From a virus (Duplodnaviria > Caudoviricetes), in IMG/VR virus record IMGVR_UViG_3300037851_000542, positions 1-64,000 of that record: DNA of 64,000 nt; one strand, written 5' to 3'. The notes under the pieces are model-generated. The model was not told the origin of the DNA, ran no database searches, and worked only from the letters and a program-made list of their open reading frames with translations. The translations under genes and the position numbers were made by a program. How positions within the stretch are numbered: the first letter of the stretch is position 1; the number at the start of each line of letters is the position of its first letter. Below are positions 20,190-28,458 of the stretch, in pieces.

Positions 20190-20425
20190 TTGGATTGACT
20201 CGCTGGACTATTTACAACACTAGGAGCAACAATTTCACCAATAAAGTTTATTAATCCTTCTATACCTTCAATATCTTCTTTTAAAAGTTCTTCGGCATCT
20301 TCATCACTTATGAAGTGTATAAGATCATTTTTTAGCCTGATTTGTACCTCTATTAAAGTATTCAATTGTTTTTCTAATAGATCTAAGTCTACATTTTTAA
20401 TTGTAATATCTTTTGTATTGCTCAT
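20186..20425 (-). CDS. hypothetical protein
   Basis: promoter 20463, GGAG SD. Confidence 0.75.
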   Translation of the reverse strand: MSNTKDITIKNVDLDLLEKQLNTLIEVQIRLKNDLIHFISDEDAEELLKEDIEGIEGLINFIGEIVAPSVVNSPASQSK

Positions 20426-20637
20426 CTTAGTAACTCCCTAAATAATTTACCTTCTAATATTATATCGGCTTGATCAATAATTATCTTTAGGTTAATTACG
20501 TGTTCTAATAGTTTTTCTTAGATTAATATTAAATAAAGGTAGCTTTATATAAAGCTACCTTTATTTAAAGCTAGATTTATATAAAGTTAGTATACTGAGA
20601 CTAAGAGAATCCCGTAGGGGATTCTCTTAGGTGTTTA

Positions 20638-21387
20638 TTATTCTTTTGTAAATAGTTCTAATAGTATCCTACCCTCTTGTAATGCCCTATCAATACCAAA
20701 GAAACCCCAACATGATTCTAAGATTTCATCTTCAGTATGATGACATGAGTTACAAGTATTAGTCTTAGTCACAACAAAACCATAAACATCACCTTCTAGG
20801 TATTTTGCATAAGTCTTAACTTCATTATTAAGGTATTCTAGTATTTGTTCCTTTGATTTATCCTTTAATCCTTCAGATTCAATCTTTGATTTGGTAACAT
20901 ATATCCAGCCTACTTGACCACTATCCCGACCGCAACTAAACCCACTTGTGTTCATTGTAATACCACCATGCTCATATGCATGTAGGTTTAAGTATATTAC
21001 ACTATCAGGAAGATCCGTAACTGTTTGTATGCGTTCTACCGTAGTTTCAAACAATAAGTTTATAGACCGATCATAACTATGTTCTAGGATTTCCCTGTAT
21101 TGACTTATATTACCTTTACAAGTGTTAAGAATAAAATCTAGTTTTTCTTGTTCAGTAGCCTCACTTTCCCATATATCTATTAGAAAAGATTCAGGTTCTT
21201 TATAATTGTGTTTGTCTCCTAACCTATAACCCCTATGAAAGCATATCATTGTTCCTAGGTTATCCCATTCTCTAGGCGACATGGGACAATCATCATTAAG
21301 TATTTCAAGTTTATACCCGTTTTTTACTTCTTTGTGTATTACATATGATGACATAATTATTACCTCTATAATAGTTTTTCTACTCAC
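20638..21387 (-). CDS. conserved hypothetical phage protein (~240 aa)
   Basis: SPREWDNLGTMICFH...HGGITM...SGQVGWIY...YLEGDVYGF...ESCWGFFG; start probably about 21355. Confidence 0.85.
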   Translation of the reverse strand: MSRKTIIEVIIMSSYVIHKEVKNGYKLEILNDDCPMSPREWDNLGTMICFHRGYRLGDKHNYKEPESFLIDIWESEATEQEKLDFILNTCKGNISQYREILEHSYDRSINLLFETTVERIQTVTDLPDSVIYLNLHAYEHGGITMNTSGFSCGRDSGQVGWIYVTKSKIESEGLKDKSKEQILEYLNNEVKTYAKYLEGDVYGFVVTKTNTCNSCHHTEDEILESCWGFFGIDRALQEGRILLELFTKE

Positions 21388-21451
21388 ATTAATATTATCG
21401 GCTACAATATGAATAATCTTTAGGTTAAAATTATAGGTCTAGGTGTTTTTC

Positions 21452-21940
21452 TTATCCACCTCTATTACCTCTATATTCTTTTTCTACTTTAGTCTGTAAT
21501 AATCCTTTTTTATATACTATTTTTCCCTGAAACGCTTGCCCGCTTTCATAGTAACTCAGTTTAATATCTACTAAAGGGAATTTTAAAGCCAATTCTTCAA
21601 TAACCGGTTCTGGCGGTGACCAAGCCGTTAGAAAAGAAACTAAAACTCTTTTTTGTATTCTTTTAGTAGTCGGTAAATTTTCCAGCTGTATTTCGTAAGC
21701 GTTCCATTTGGTACCCCAATTCTCTACACACCAATTATACCCACCAGAATTAAAACCGCTACCCTCTTTTATTTTATCGGCTTCCAAATACCTGGAAGGA
21801 TAAGGAATCAATGTATTAAAATCAAAAATAGACTCACTAGTTTTAATACAATCTAAAACCTTTTGAACATCTTCTATTTTACCTTGAATTAAAAGATCAT
21901 TTTCTACGTGATTAGGCATCCTTTTCTCCCTATGAAACAC
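21452..21940 (-). CDS. DUF1281/YubB ferredoxin-like family protein
   Basis: MPNHVENDL...NWCVENWGTKWNA...FLTAWSPP motifs. Confidence 0.75.
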   Translation of the reverse strand: MFHREKRMPNHVENDLLIQGKIEDVQKVLDCIKTSESIFDFNTLIPYPSRYLEADKIKEGSGFNSGGYNWCVENWGTKWNAYEIQLENLPTTKRIQKRVLVSFLTAWSPPEPVIEELALKFPLVDIKLSYYESGQAFQGKIVYKKGLLQTKVEKEYRGNRGG

Positions 21941-22176
21941 AAATTTAAAATTCTTTTCCTAGTATAATTATCGGACGTATTATCAATTAACTTTAGATTG
22001 AATTATAGGTTTAGGTGTTTTTCTTAGTAATCCCAAAACCAATGTTGGCTTTATATAAAGCTGGAAAGTTGGTATGATTTATGCATAGCTTTATATTAAG
22101 CTACTTTATATAAAGCTATTGGATAAATAAAAATTGCCGTAGTCGGAACCCCTACGGCTAGGTTTATGTTTAAAGG

Positions 22177-22413
22177 TTATAGAAAACTATGTATTACTGA
22201 ATCCGATACGTGTCTTTGGTTGACTAAAGGAGTTACCCAAGAATTTATGTGACGTTTTGTCGTTTTAGAGTAGTTTAAATAATCTTTGGATATTAGGTAT
22301 TCTCCCTTGGTAAAAATTGCTACTGGTGTTGAATAAGAATATAATATTTTAGTTCCATCTAGCTTATAAATTACTGTTTTATTTTTTGCTAAACTTTCAA
22401 GTCTTTGCATCAA
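22177..22413 (-). CDS. small phage protein, paralog of 19968
   Basis: SLAKNKT...LYSYSTPVA...KTTKRHINSWV. Confidence 0.8.
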   Translation of the reverse strand: MMQRLESLAKNKTVIYKLDGTKILYSYSTPVAIFTKGEYLISKDYLNYSKTTKRHINSWVTPLVNQRHVSDSVIHSFL

Positions 22414-22661
22414 TGTAATTCCTCATCAAATAAAATAGTTACCGGTTTTTCTATATTAGTTATTTTTATATTCTTAGTCTCCAATTCATTTATAAAGTTT
22501 CTTAACTCATCTCTATATAAGGTAAGGGCTTCACCTTGTATACTTTTATCTGTATTATTAAATTTAGTGAATACAATACTAGTTCTATCGGTATCAGACA
22601 GAACTAATCCTATTAGGTTGTTATTTTCATCCTTAATAGTTTTCTTTATATGTCTTTCCAT
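22410..22661 (-). CDS. hypothetical protein
   Basis: ATGA-coupled to 22177. Confidence 0.7.
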   Translation of the reverse strand: MERHIKKTIKDENNNLIGLVLSDTDRTSIVFTKFNNTDKSIQGEALTLYRDELRNFINELETKNIKITNIEKPVTILFDEELH

Positions 22662-22666
22662 ATTGT

Positions 22667-22972
22667 TTAATCTCTATAGTGTATGCAGTTTCTAACTACT
22701 TCCCAATTGATCCCTACTTCTGAGTCGTGATTATCTTTTAAATCACATAAAACAGCAAAGGCTTGGTCATCCGTTAAATTTGTATCCATTTCTTGAGCTT
22801 CCATCTTTATATCTTCTATAGACCACATCAATGCAATTTGGCTAGTAGGATCAAATTTTAGAACATCTTTTGGAAAAAGCTCTAACAGTTTTTTAACTTC
22901 CTCTATTGTTGGGTTTTCACTATCTACGAATTCTTGTAATGTTTTCATCTTATTTACTCTTATTTTTACCAC
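22667..22972 (-). CDS. conserved hypothetical phage protein
   Basis: WSIEDI...LTDDQAFAVL...HDSEVGINWEV motif; promoter 22981. Confidence 0.75.
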   Translation of the reverse strand: MVKIRVNKMKTLQEFVDSENPTIEEVKKLLELFPKDVLKFDPTSQIALMWSIEDIKMEAQEMDTNLTDDQAFAVLCDLKDNHDSEVGINWEVVRNCIHYRD

Positions 22973-23015
22973 TAATTATTTATCGGCATTATTATAAAAT
23001 AACTTTAGGTTAAAA

Positions 23016-23291
23016 CTAAATATCTATAAAATATAGGTCTTGATCAGTATAAGGCAATGGTTCTACTACTTCTACAAAGTCCCAACATTTAGGTTGATAC
23101 ATTGTAGCTATATCTTCCCTTGCCTCTTGTTCATTTTTAAATTTACCTTCAATTATATCATCTCCTACAGTTATTTGGTTTGATTGAACATCATAAACTA
23201 TTAGTGCTCTTAAATAGTGTGGTATGTCTTCCGTATTACCAATGTTAATGCTACCTATAATTACTTTTTCCATAATTAAATTCCTATTCAA
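23016..23291 (-). CDS. hypothetical protein
   Basis: ORF in cassette. Confidence 0.7.
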   Translation of the reverse strand: MNRNLIMEKVIIGSINIGNTEDIPHYLRALIVYDVQSNQITVGDDIIEGKFKNEQEAREDIATMYQPKCWDFVEVVEPLPYTDQDLYFIDI

Positions 23292-23496
23292 AGTCTATGT
23301 TTATTGCCTTTGTCCATATACCATCTAAAAGAATATGTAATCCGAATTCATCATCTTCACAAGTATCATCTGCTTTAGTCTCAAATAATCTAGAATCCTC
23401 AGTACTGATAAATCTTCCATCTTCTAAAGGTAACCATAGATCTTGACCTGTTAAATCTTTTCTTACCTTCACAGTATGCTTTACAGTATTATTCAT
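23284..23496 (-). CDS. hypothetical protein
   Basis: promoter 23542. Confidence 0.75.
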   Translation of the reverse strand: MNNTVKHTVKVRKDLTGQDLWLPLEDGRFISTEDSRLFETKADDTCEDDEFGLHILLDGIWTKAINIDFE

Positions 23497-23770
23497 ATTG
23501 GTACCTTTATTTAAGATAGCTTATTTGCCTTCTAATAATAGTATCGTCATTGTTATAAATAATCTTTAAACTAAAATTGTAGTACTAGGTAAATCTATTA
23601 GGTGCGCCGAAATTAAAAGTAGCTTTATATAAAGTTGCTTTATAGCAAGCTAGCTTTATATAAAGCCAGCTTGATGGCACGAATCTTGCTTAGCTTTATA
23701 TAAAGCTACCACACGACTTTATATAAAGCGTAGCTTTATATAAAGTTATAACACAGCTTGATATAAAGTT

Positions 23771-23835
23771 GATCGAACGATCAACCGATCAAAAGATCTA
23801 ATGATCATTTGGGAAACTCACAACCAAACCTAGGC
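23771..23835. repeat. GATC ladder copy 1 (5 GATC at 8-bp period) plus CCAAACCTAGG
   Basis: GATC at 23771, 23779, 23787, 23795, 23803. Confidence 0.9.
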
Positions 23836-24039
23836 TTTTTATTATAATGCGGTTTTAGTTTATTATTTTATTTTTGGGGCACTATATGAAAATGAAACTA
23901 TAAAAAGGCACCCACCCCTTTTACCTATAATGTAATAATATGATCGCTAATCTTATAATATATTCAAAATATGATCGCTAAAGTTATTATATATGAATAT
24001 TTCTGACGCTAAAACATTCATATATAACAAAATAAATCG

Positions 24040-24351
24040 CTAACCTATATCCTTAGTTAAGAACCAATTCCTGTCATACATATCCTGAGTAAATATAATT
24101 TTCTTTAGGTCTGTCTTATCAAATACTGACTCAGTAAGATCTAGGTCTGAAGTAATAGAACTCAATTGATAGTATTGCTTCTCTTGATTTCTATACCTGT
24201 ACTTGTTTACTCCAACTACTTTAGTATTATAAATCGCGGCAAAAGATTCATCCTCCTGATTAGGATCAGCCTTAAGTTTAACATATAAAGTATAGTTACC
24301 TCTGAGTTCGATATTATTTATATCTATAATAGCAAGGTCTTGTTCTGACAT
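24040..24351 (-). CDS. hypothetical protein, paralog-like to 24376
   Basis: YTLYV...YDRNWFLTKD versus YTLHV...YGKTWWLVKD. Confidence 0.75.
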   Translation of the reverse strand: MSEQDLAIIDINNIELRGNYTLYVKLKADPNQEDESFAAIYNTKVVGVNKYRYRNQEKQYYQLSSITSDLDLTESVFDKTDLKKIIFTQDMYDRNWFLTKDIG

Positions 24352-24375
24352 GTCATACTCCTTTATAAAATAAAA

Positions 24376-24600
24376 TTAATCTTTTACTAGCCACCAAGTT
24401 TTACCATAATTCTCTGGTGTGAAAGCAAGATCACATACATCTACTTGTACTGCAATCTTATCGCCACACTTTGAGTCAAAATAAAAATTAGAACTTACCT
24501 TATTATCCAGTTTTACTTCTTTTGCTATACCTTGCACCTCCGTATGAGATACATGTAAGGTATATTCATCTTCCTTGTTCAGGTCTTCCAGTTTAATCAT
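24376..24600 (-). CDS. hypothetical protein
   Basis: promoter 24637. Confidence 0.75.
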   Translation of the reverse strand: MIKLEDLNKEDEYTLHVSHTEVQGIAKEVKLDNKVSSNFYFDSKCGDKIAVQVDVCDLAFTPENYGKTWWLVKD

Positions 24601-24660
24601 AGCTTAATATCCCTTATAGCTTAGCCACTAAATAACTATCGGCGCAGTAAGTAAATAACT

Positions 24661-24948
24661 TTAGATTAAAAATACTAATTTATCTGAATCCAGTAGTATT
24701 GCTGTGTGTATATTTGTAAATTTTGGCGTCGGTGTGGTTTGAACCTGCAACTCCATATAGAAATCGTCCAGAGCAGTAATTTTTCCGGCGACCCAAATAA
24801 AACCGTCTGACTTTCTTTTGATTAGACAAGAAGTACCAACCAAAGTAATACCATTACCAAGCATCCTTAAAAGCCTATCTGTATGAGTACCTTCAAATAT
24901 ATCCTCAAAACTAGGAAGATTAGTATTTATCATATAAAGAAGAACCAC
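24661..24948 (-). CDS. small protein with C-terminal tail
   Basis: ends LVFLI*; stop lies inside the next -35 box. Confidence 0.75.
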   Translation of the reverse strand: MVLLYMINTNLPSFEDIFEGTHTDRLLRMLGNGITLVGTSCLIKRKSDGFIWVAGKITALDDFYMELQVQTTPTPKFTNIHTAILLDSDKLVFLI

Positions 24949-25196
24949 TGAGTATTAGTAGAATCTTTGTGAAAAAAGAAATCCTGTGTCATATAAGAAA
25001 CAATTTTTGTTTTTACGTCCGCATACTTAATTGACCAATCTTGCTCATTATTATCAGTACCCTTAGATACTATTACCCAAGTCTTATTTAATCCTAAATG
25101 ATCGGGGCTATATAAAACTTTAGGTACTTTTATAAAAGTATTTCCATTGTTAAATATAGCCTTTAGTTTATCTTGATTAGTAGGTTTAGTTATCAT
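24930..25196 (-). CDS. small protein with C-terminal tail
   Basis: ends WFFFI*; promoter 25232. Confidence 0.75.
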   Translation of the reverse strand: MITKPTNQDKLKAIFNNGNTFIKVPKVLYSPDHLGLNKTWVIVSKGTDNNEQDWSIKYADVKTKIVSYMTQDFFFHKDSTNTQWFFFI

Positions 25197-25427
25197 CTAG
25201 GTTGATAGTCTCCATAAAAGTATAACATAGGTATCGGCACATACTTAAGATAACTTTAGATATATTTTACTGACCCAGCTTTATATAAAGCGTAGCTTTA
25301 TATAAAGCCCTAGGTTGGTATGATTTATGCATAGCTTTATATCAAGCTGAGCTTGATATAAAGCACCCTTTATTTAAAGCTAGATTTATATAAAGCTAAA
25401 TTAAAATACATAGCTTTATATAAAGTC

Positions 25428-25491
25428 GATCAGCAGATCAAACGATCAAAAGATCTAATGATCATTTGGGAAATTGATCACCAAACCTAGG
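25428..25491. repeat. GATC ladder copy 2
   Basis: GATC at 25428, 25436, 25444, 25452, 25460 and 25476. Confidence 0.9.
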
Positions 25492-25834
25492 CTTTTTAGC
25501 AATTGATTTTTTAATCTATAAATTACTTATTTGGTAACCTGTGGAAGATTATAATTTATAAATAGACCCCACCCTATTGATTTTAAACCTAGTTTAAACT
25601 TTCATTAATTAATGAAAGTTCCTGTAAAAATAGGGTCACTATGGGATAGTTATTTTAGGCTAAAGTTATTTAATATTTAAGTCGTATTATTTATATCAAA
25701 ATTAAAGTATATAATTATATAGACAAACTTTAGATTAAAATAGAGTAGAATAGTAGTATATTTAGTGTGATATATAAATAAACTTTAGATTAAAAACAGG
25801 TTAAAAGTGCTACTATGGGACGGAGAATAAAGAC

Positions 25835-26158
25835 TTAAATTAAAAACTGATAATTATATAACTTATAACCTAAACATAAAAACCATTCTAATTTGGTAAC
25901 ACCACTACCATTACTATAAAAAACAGGATGGTGATGTTTAAGATCTAAGTCTACTGGAGAAACACTATAACTAATATTATAATTAATTCTAGAGGTAATA
26001 GATCTAAGTGTAACAGTTTTAGTAATGATTACAAGACGAAACTGGGGTTTATGACCTATTTCAAATAAGGTTAGCAAAGTAATACTAGATTTATTTCTAA
26101 GTAATCGTTTTATATCTTTTGAGGTTAGTGGAAAAGAATAAGGCTTCTTAGGCGTCAT
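25835..26158 (-). CDS. small protein with C-terminal tail
   Basis: ends YQFLI*. Confidence 0.7.
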   Translation of the reverse strand: MTPKKPYSFPLTSKDIKRLLRNKSSITLLTLFEIGHKPQFRLVIITKTVTLRSITSRINYNISYSVSPVDLDLKHHHPVFYSNGSGVTKLEWFLCLGYKLYNYQFLI

Positions 26159-26256
26159 AATAACAGGTTTTTAGTGAAAATTACCCAACCTATTTATTAG
26201 AGACTAGTCTCTAATAAGAAGATCAGTATTTTTATTAAATATTTTCCTTAAAATAA

Positions 26257-26577
26257 TCAAATCAGGTAGAAAAATAAATGACTTTCTATGTTATCCTTGT
26301 ACATAAATATATTTTCGGGCTTTGTAAACTCATTTCTTGCCTCTAATTTCCATACATTACCATAAACAGAAGACCCCTGAGTAATAGGAATACACCTAAA
26401 AGCATTAAAAGAGTTAAAATAAGTTTTAGTAAGCCTGTCTTTAGGCACACACACCATAAACATATTTATACTTCTATGCAGTGCTTTATTTTTATCTATA
26501 ACCCCTTTGTGGTCGCTGCGTAAAAAACGTAATAACTTCTGATAAGATTTTAAAAACTCACCATTAACACTAGTCAT
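26257..26577 (-). CDS. small protein with C-terminal tail
   Basis: ends LFFYLI*. Confidence 0.75.
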   Translation of the reverse strand: MTSVNGEFLKSYQKLLRFLRSDHKGVIDKNKALHRSINMFMVCVPKDRLTKTYFNSFNAFRCIPITQGSSVYGNVWKLEARNEFTKPENIFMYKDNIESHLFFYLI

Positions 26578-27608
26578 TAGGTCCTTTGATTATTTCATAT
26601 AAAATAATACCAACTAGTACTGCAATTATAGTTAATCCAAAGCAAAAGTGGGGTAAAAATTCCATAATACTATTCCTCGTCGTCATCACTAAGATAAACT
26701 ACATAGATAGAGATTGTTAATAATATACCAATAAATACAAAAAGACCTAAGAGAAATTCTAAAAGAAGTGCCATAAACTACCTATGATAACAATTAAATT
26801 TCAATGATAAACAGTATCCTTATTTGACCTTTTACTTATTATTTTCTTGTTCTATAATCACCGCATCAATATTTTTTAAGATAGCAAAAAACTCCGCATA
26901 TAAGTCTTTTCTTGCCTTGCTTTCCTCTAGCGCTTTTCTTTCTAGCTCTAGTCTCTCGGTCTCTTTTTTAAGAACAAAACTCTTATAATCCAAATATAAT
27001 CCTCAAGCAGCCCATATACCTACACATAAACCAACAAAATAAAAAACAACTCCAAACAAAGTCATAAACAAATACCTATAATAAAAATTAAATTTCGGGG
27101 CAAAATAGATTTATTTCTTTGATTAGTCCCAAAAGATCTCCTTTAAAAAAGGAAACACAGCAACCCCAATAGAAACAAAAACAATACCCAATAATACATT
27201 CTCTAACATAAACTGTCCATTAAAAAATAAAGTTATATAGATCCTATCGGCAGATTACTAGGATTACTTTAGTGTTATTTATGCAGGAAAGGTACTTTGT
27301 CTAGGGCTTTATATAAAGCGCCGAGCTTTATATAAAGCTAGAAGTCCTAGGATGGATTGTAAGAGCTTAAAATGCCTAGGTTAATAGTAGAGAGTGGGTA
27401 AGCAAGAAAAGCCCGTTAAGGGCTTTTCTTGGCTGCTGTAAATTAAATCTAGGTTTACATTAATTATGTGTATTTAAATAAGTTTACACAGTGTGCTACC
27501 CGTAGGGGTATAATATAGGTTTAACCTAGGGTATTATATAAATATTAATTAAGTATTAATTCTAATTTAATTAAATATTAGCTAGAGGTATAATAAACCT
27601 TAACACAA

Positions 27609-27735
27609 GAAGGAAAGCAAGCTTTCCTTCTCTCCTACCTCTGACGAGGAAAGCAAGCTTTCCCTAGCTACCCTTAGCCTAGGAAAAGCAAGCTTTTCCT
27701 TACCCTTCCTAGGGGGTAAAAAGCAAGCTTTTTAC
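27609..27735. repeat. four phased hairpins, core AAAGC-AA-GCTTT
   Basis: inverted repeats at 27609-27630, 27648-27663, 27681-27700, 27716-27735; centres 35-36 bp apart. Confidence 0.9.
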
Positions 27736-27875
27736 TCATACCTTGAACCATAGACCTATGGGTAGTTTTATACCCTGTAAAATCACCTATAACTAGCTTT
27801 ATACCTTATGGGGTCTATTCTCTCTATAAACCCTGTTAGGTATAAAATCACAGGTTTTATTGTGTCACTATGGGA

Positions 27876-28000
27876 TATAGAAAAATACTAGAACTTGTTT
27901 CTAGTATTTTTCTAGTGTTTGGGTAAATGTTCTAGTATATTTCTAGTACTTACTAGAATAAGGAGGGTTTAAGGCTAAAATGTTCTAGTATTTTTCTATA
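27876..28000. repeat. GTTCTAGTA(T)TTTTCTA repeats (3 direct, 1 inverted)
   Basis: 27876-27894 is the reverse complement of 27982-28000; further copies near 27898 and 27929. Confidence 0.75.
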
Positions 28001-28180
28001 AAAGAAGTTGATGGGATTTATGCTTTTTATAGTAAAAAAGGCACTATGGGACAAAGAAGGTATATAGATGAGTTAGAGAAGGGATATACAGATTATATGT
28101 TATATTCTTTTTATAATAAAACTAAGCTAAAGTTTCTTTTAGTTACTACCGATATAGATCATATATAAATCTTACTTTTA

Positions 28181-28366
28181 TTGAATTATATAACCCTGTG
28201 TGTTAGAAGAGAGCTTGTAGGGATAGTAGAACTTTTAACACAATATGGGGCAGAGGTTACTGTTTATAATAACTATGCTTTAAATGAATCTTTAAAGCTC
28301 TCTTGTGGTCATAAGATGGCTAGGGTTCTTATTATCTTATTTGTCTTTGTTTTTACATTATCTTAA
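28181..28366 (+). pseudogene. ankyrin-repeat fragment
   Basis: GIVELLTQYGAEVTVYNNYAL resembles one ANK repeat; TTG start, no tail. Confidence 0.4.
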
Positions 28367-28458
28367 ATTTATGTCTTGCGCCCGAAAAAAATACTCAAGT
28401 TATATAGGGTTTGCGCCGATACCTTTATTGATTAGTTACTTATATAAAGTTATTGCTT

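Larger units (their letters stand above)
9916..20630. terminator. family of 10 palindromic CTAG/GTAG-centred hairpins (putative bidirectional intrinsic terminators)
   Basis: 9916-9949, 10748-10779, 11244-11273, 12076-12103, 12751-12782, 14162-14191, 15210-15239, 16397-16430, 19931-19962, 20601-20630; e.g. CTAAGAGAATCCCCTAGGGGATTCTCTTAG; most lie just 3' of a minus-strand stop codon. Confidence 0.8.
17332..22160. terminator. second hairpin family, GCCG..CGGC-TAGGTT
   Basis: GC-rich stems at 17332-17353, about 19094-19118 and about 22136-22158, A-tract on the left, TAGGTT on the right, 3' of minus-strand genes. Confidence 0.65.
12032..25348. promoter_or_regulatory. sigma54(RpoN)-type -24/-12 boxes (TGGCAC-N5-TTGC)
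   Basis: GG-N10-GC at 12032(+), 13201(+), 13891(+), 13931(+), 13951(-), 17275(-), 22069(+), 23675(+), 25315(+); degenerate copy at 16132(+). Confidence 0.65.
5187..27272 (-). promoter_or_regulatory. 27 sigma28(FliA/SigD)-type promoters, CTAAAG-N16-(C/A/T)CGATA, minus strand
   Basis: top-strand TATCG(G/T/A)-N16-CTTTA(G) with the -10 box starting at 5187, 8493, 8867, 10283, 11140, 11536, 11931, 12649, 13058, 13800, 15075, 15574, 16032, 17180, 17664, 18132, 18796, 19244, 19810, 20463, 21396, 21969, 22981, 23542, 24637, 25232, 27245; all intergenic or at gene junctions and pointing into minus-strand genes. Confidence 0.85.
10632..27340. repeat. dispersed 16-bp palindrome AGCTTTATATAAAGCT, about 50 exact or near-exact copies
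   Basis: manual count; all intergenic; clusters at 13878-14075, 16283-16347, 18873-19074, 20541-20587, 23620-23770, 25277-25427. Confidence 0.9.

Noticed and set aside
9100-25500. Integron cassette array (attC sites)
   Set aside because: No RYYYAAC/GTTRRRY-bounded attC structure and no integrase in the window; each cassette carries its own promoter and terminator.
10632-27340. CRISPR array made of the palindromic repeats
   Set aside because: Repeats are only 16 bp, irregularly spaced, interleaved with promoters and genes, have no uniform unique spacers, and no cas genes are present.
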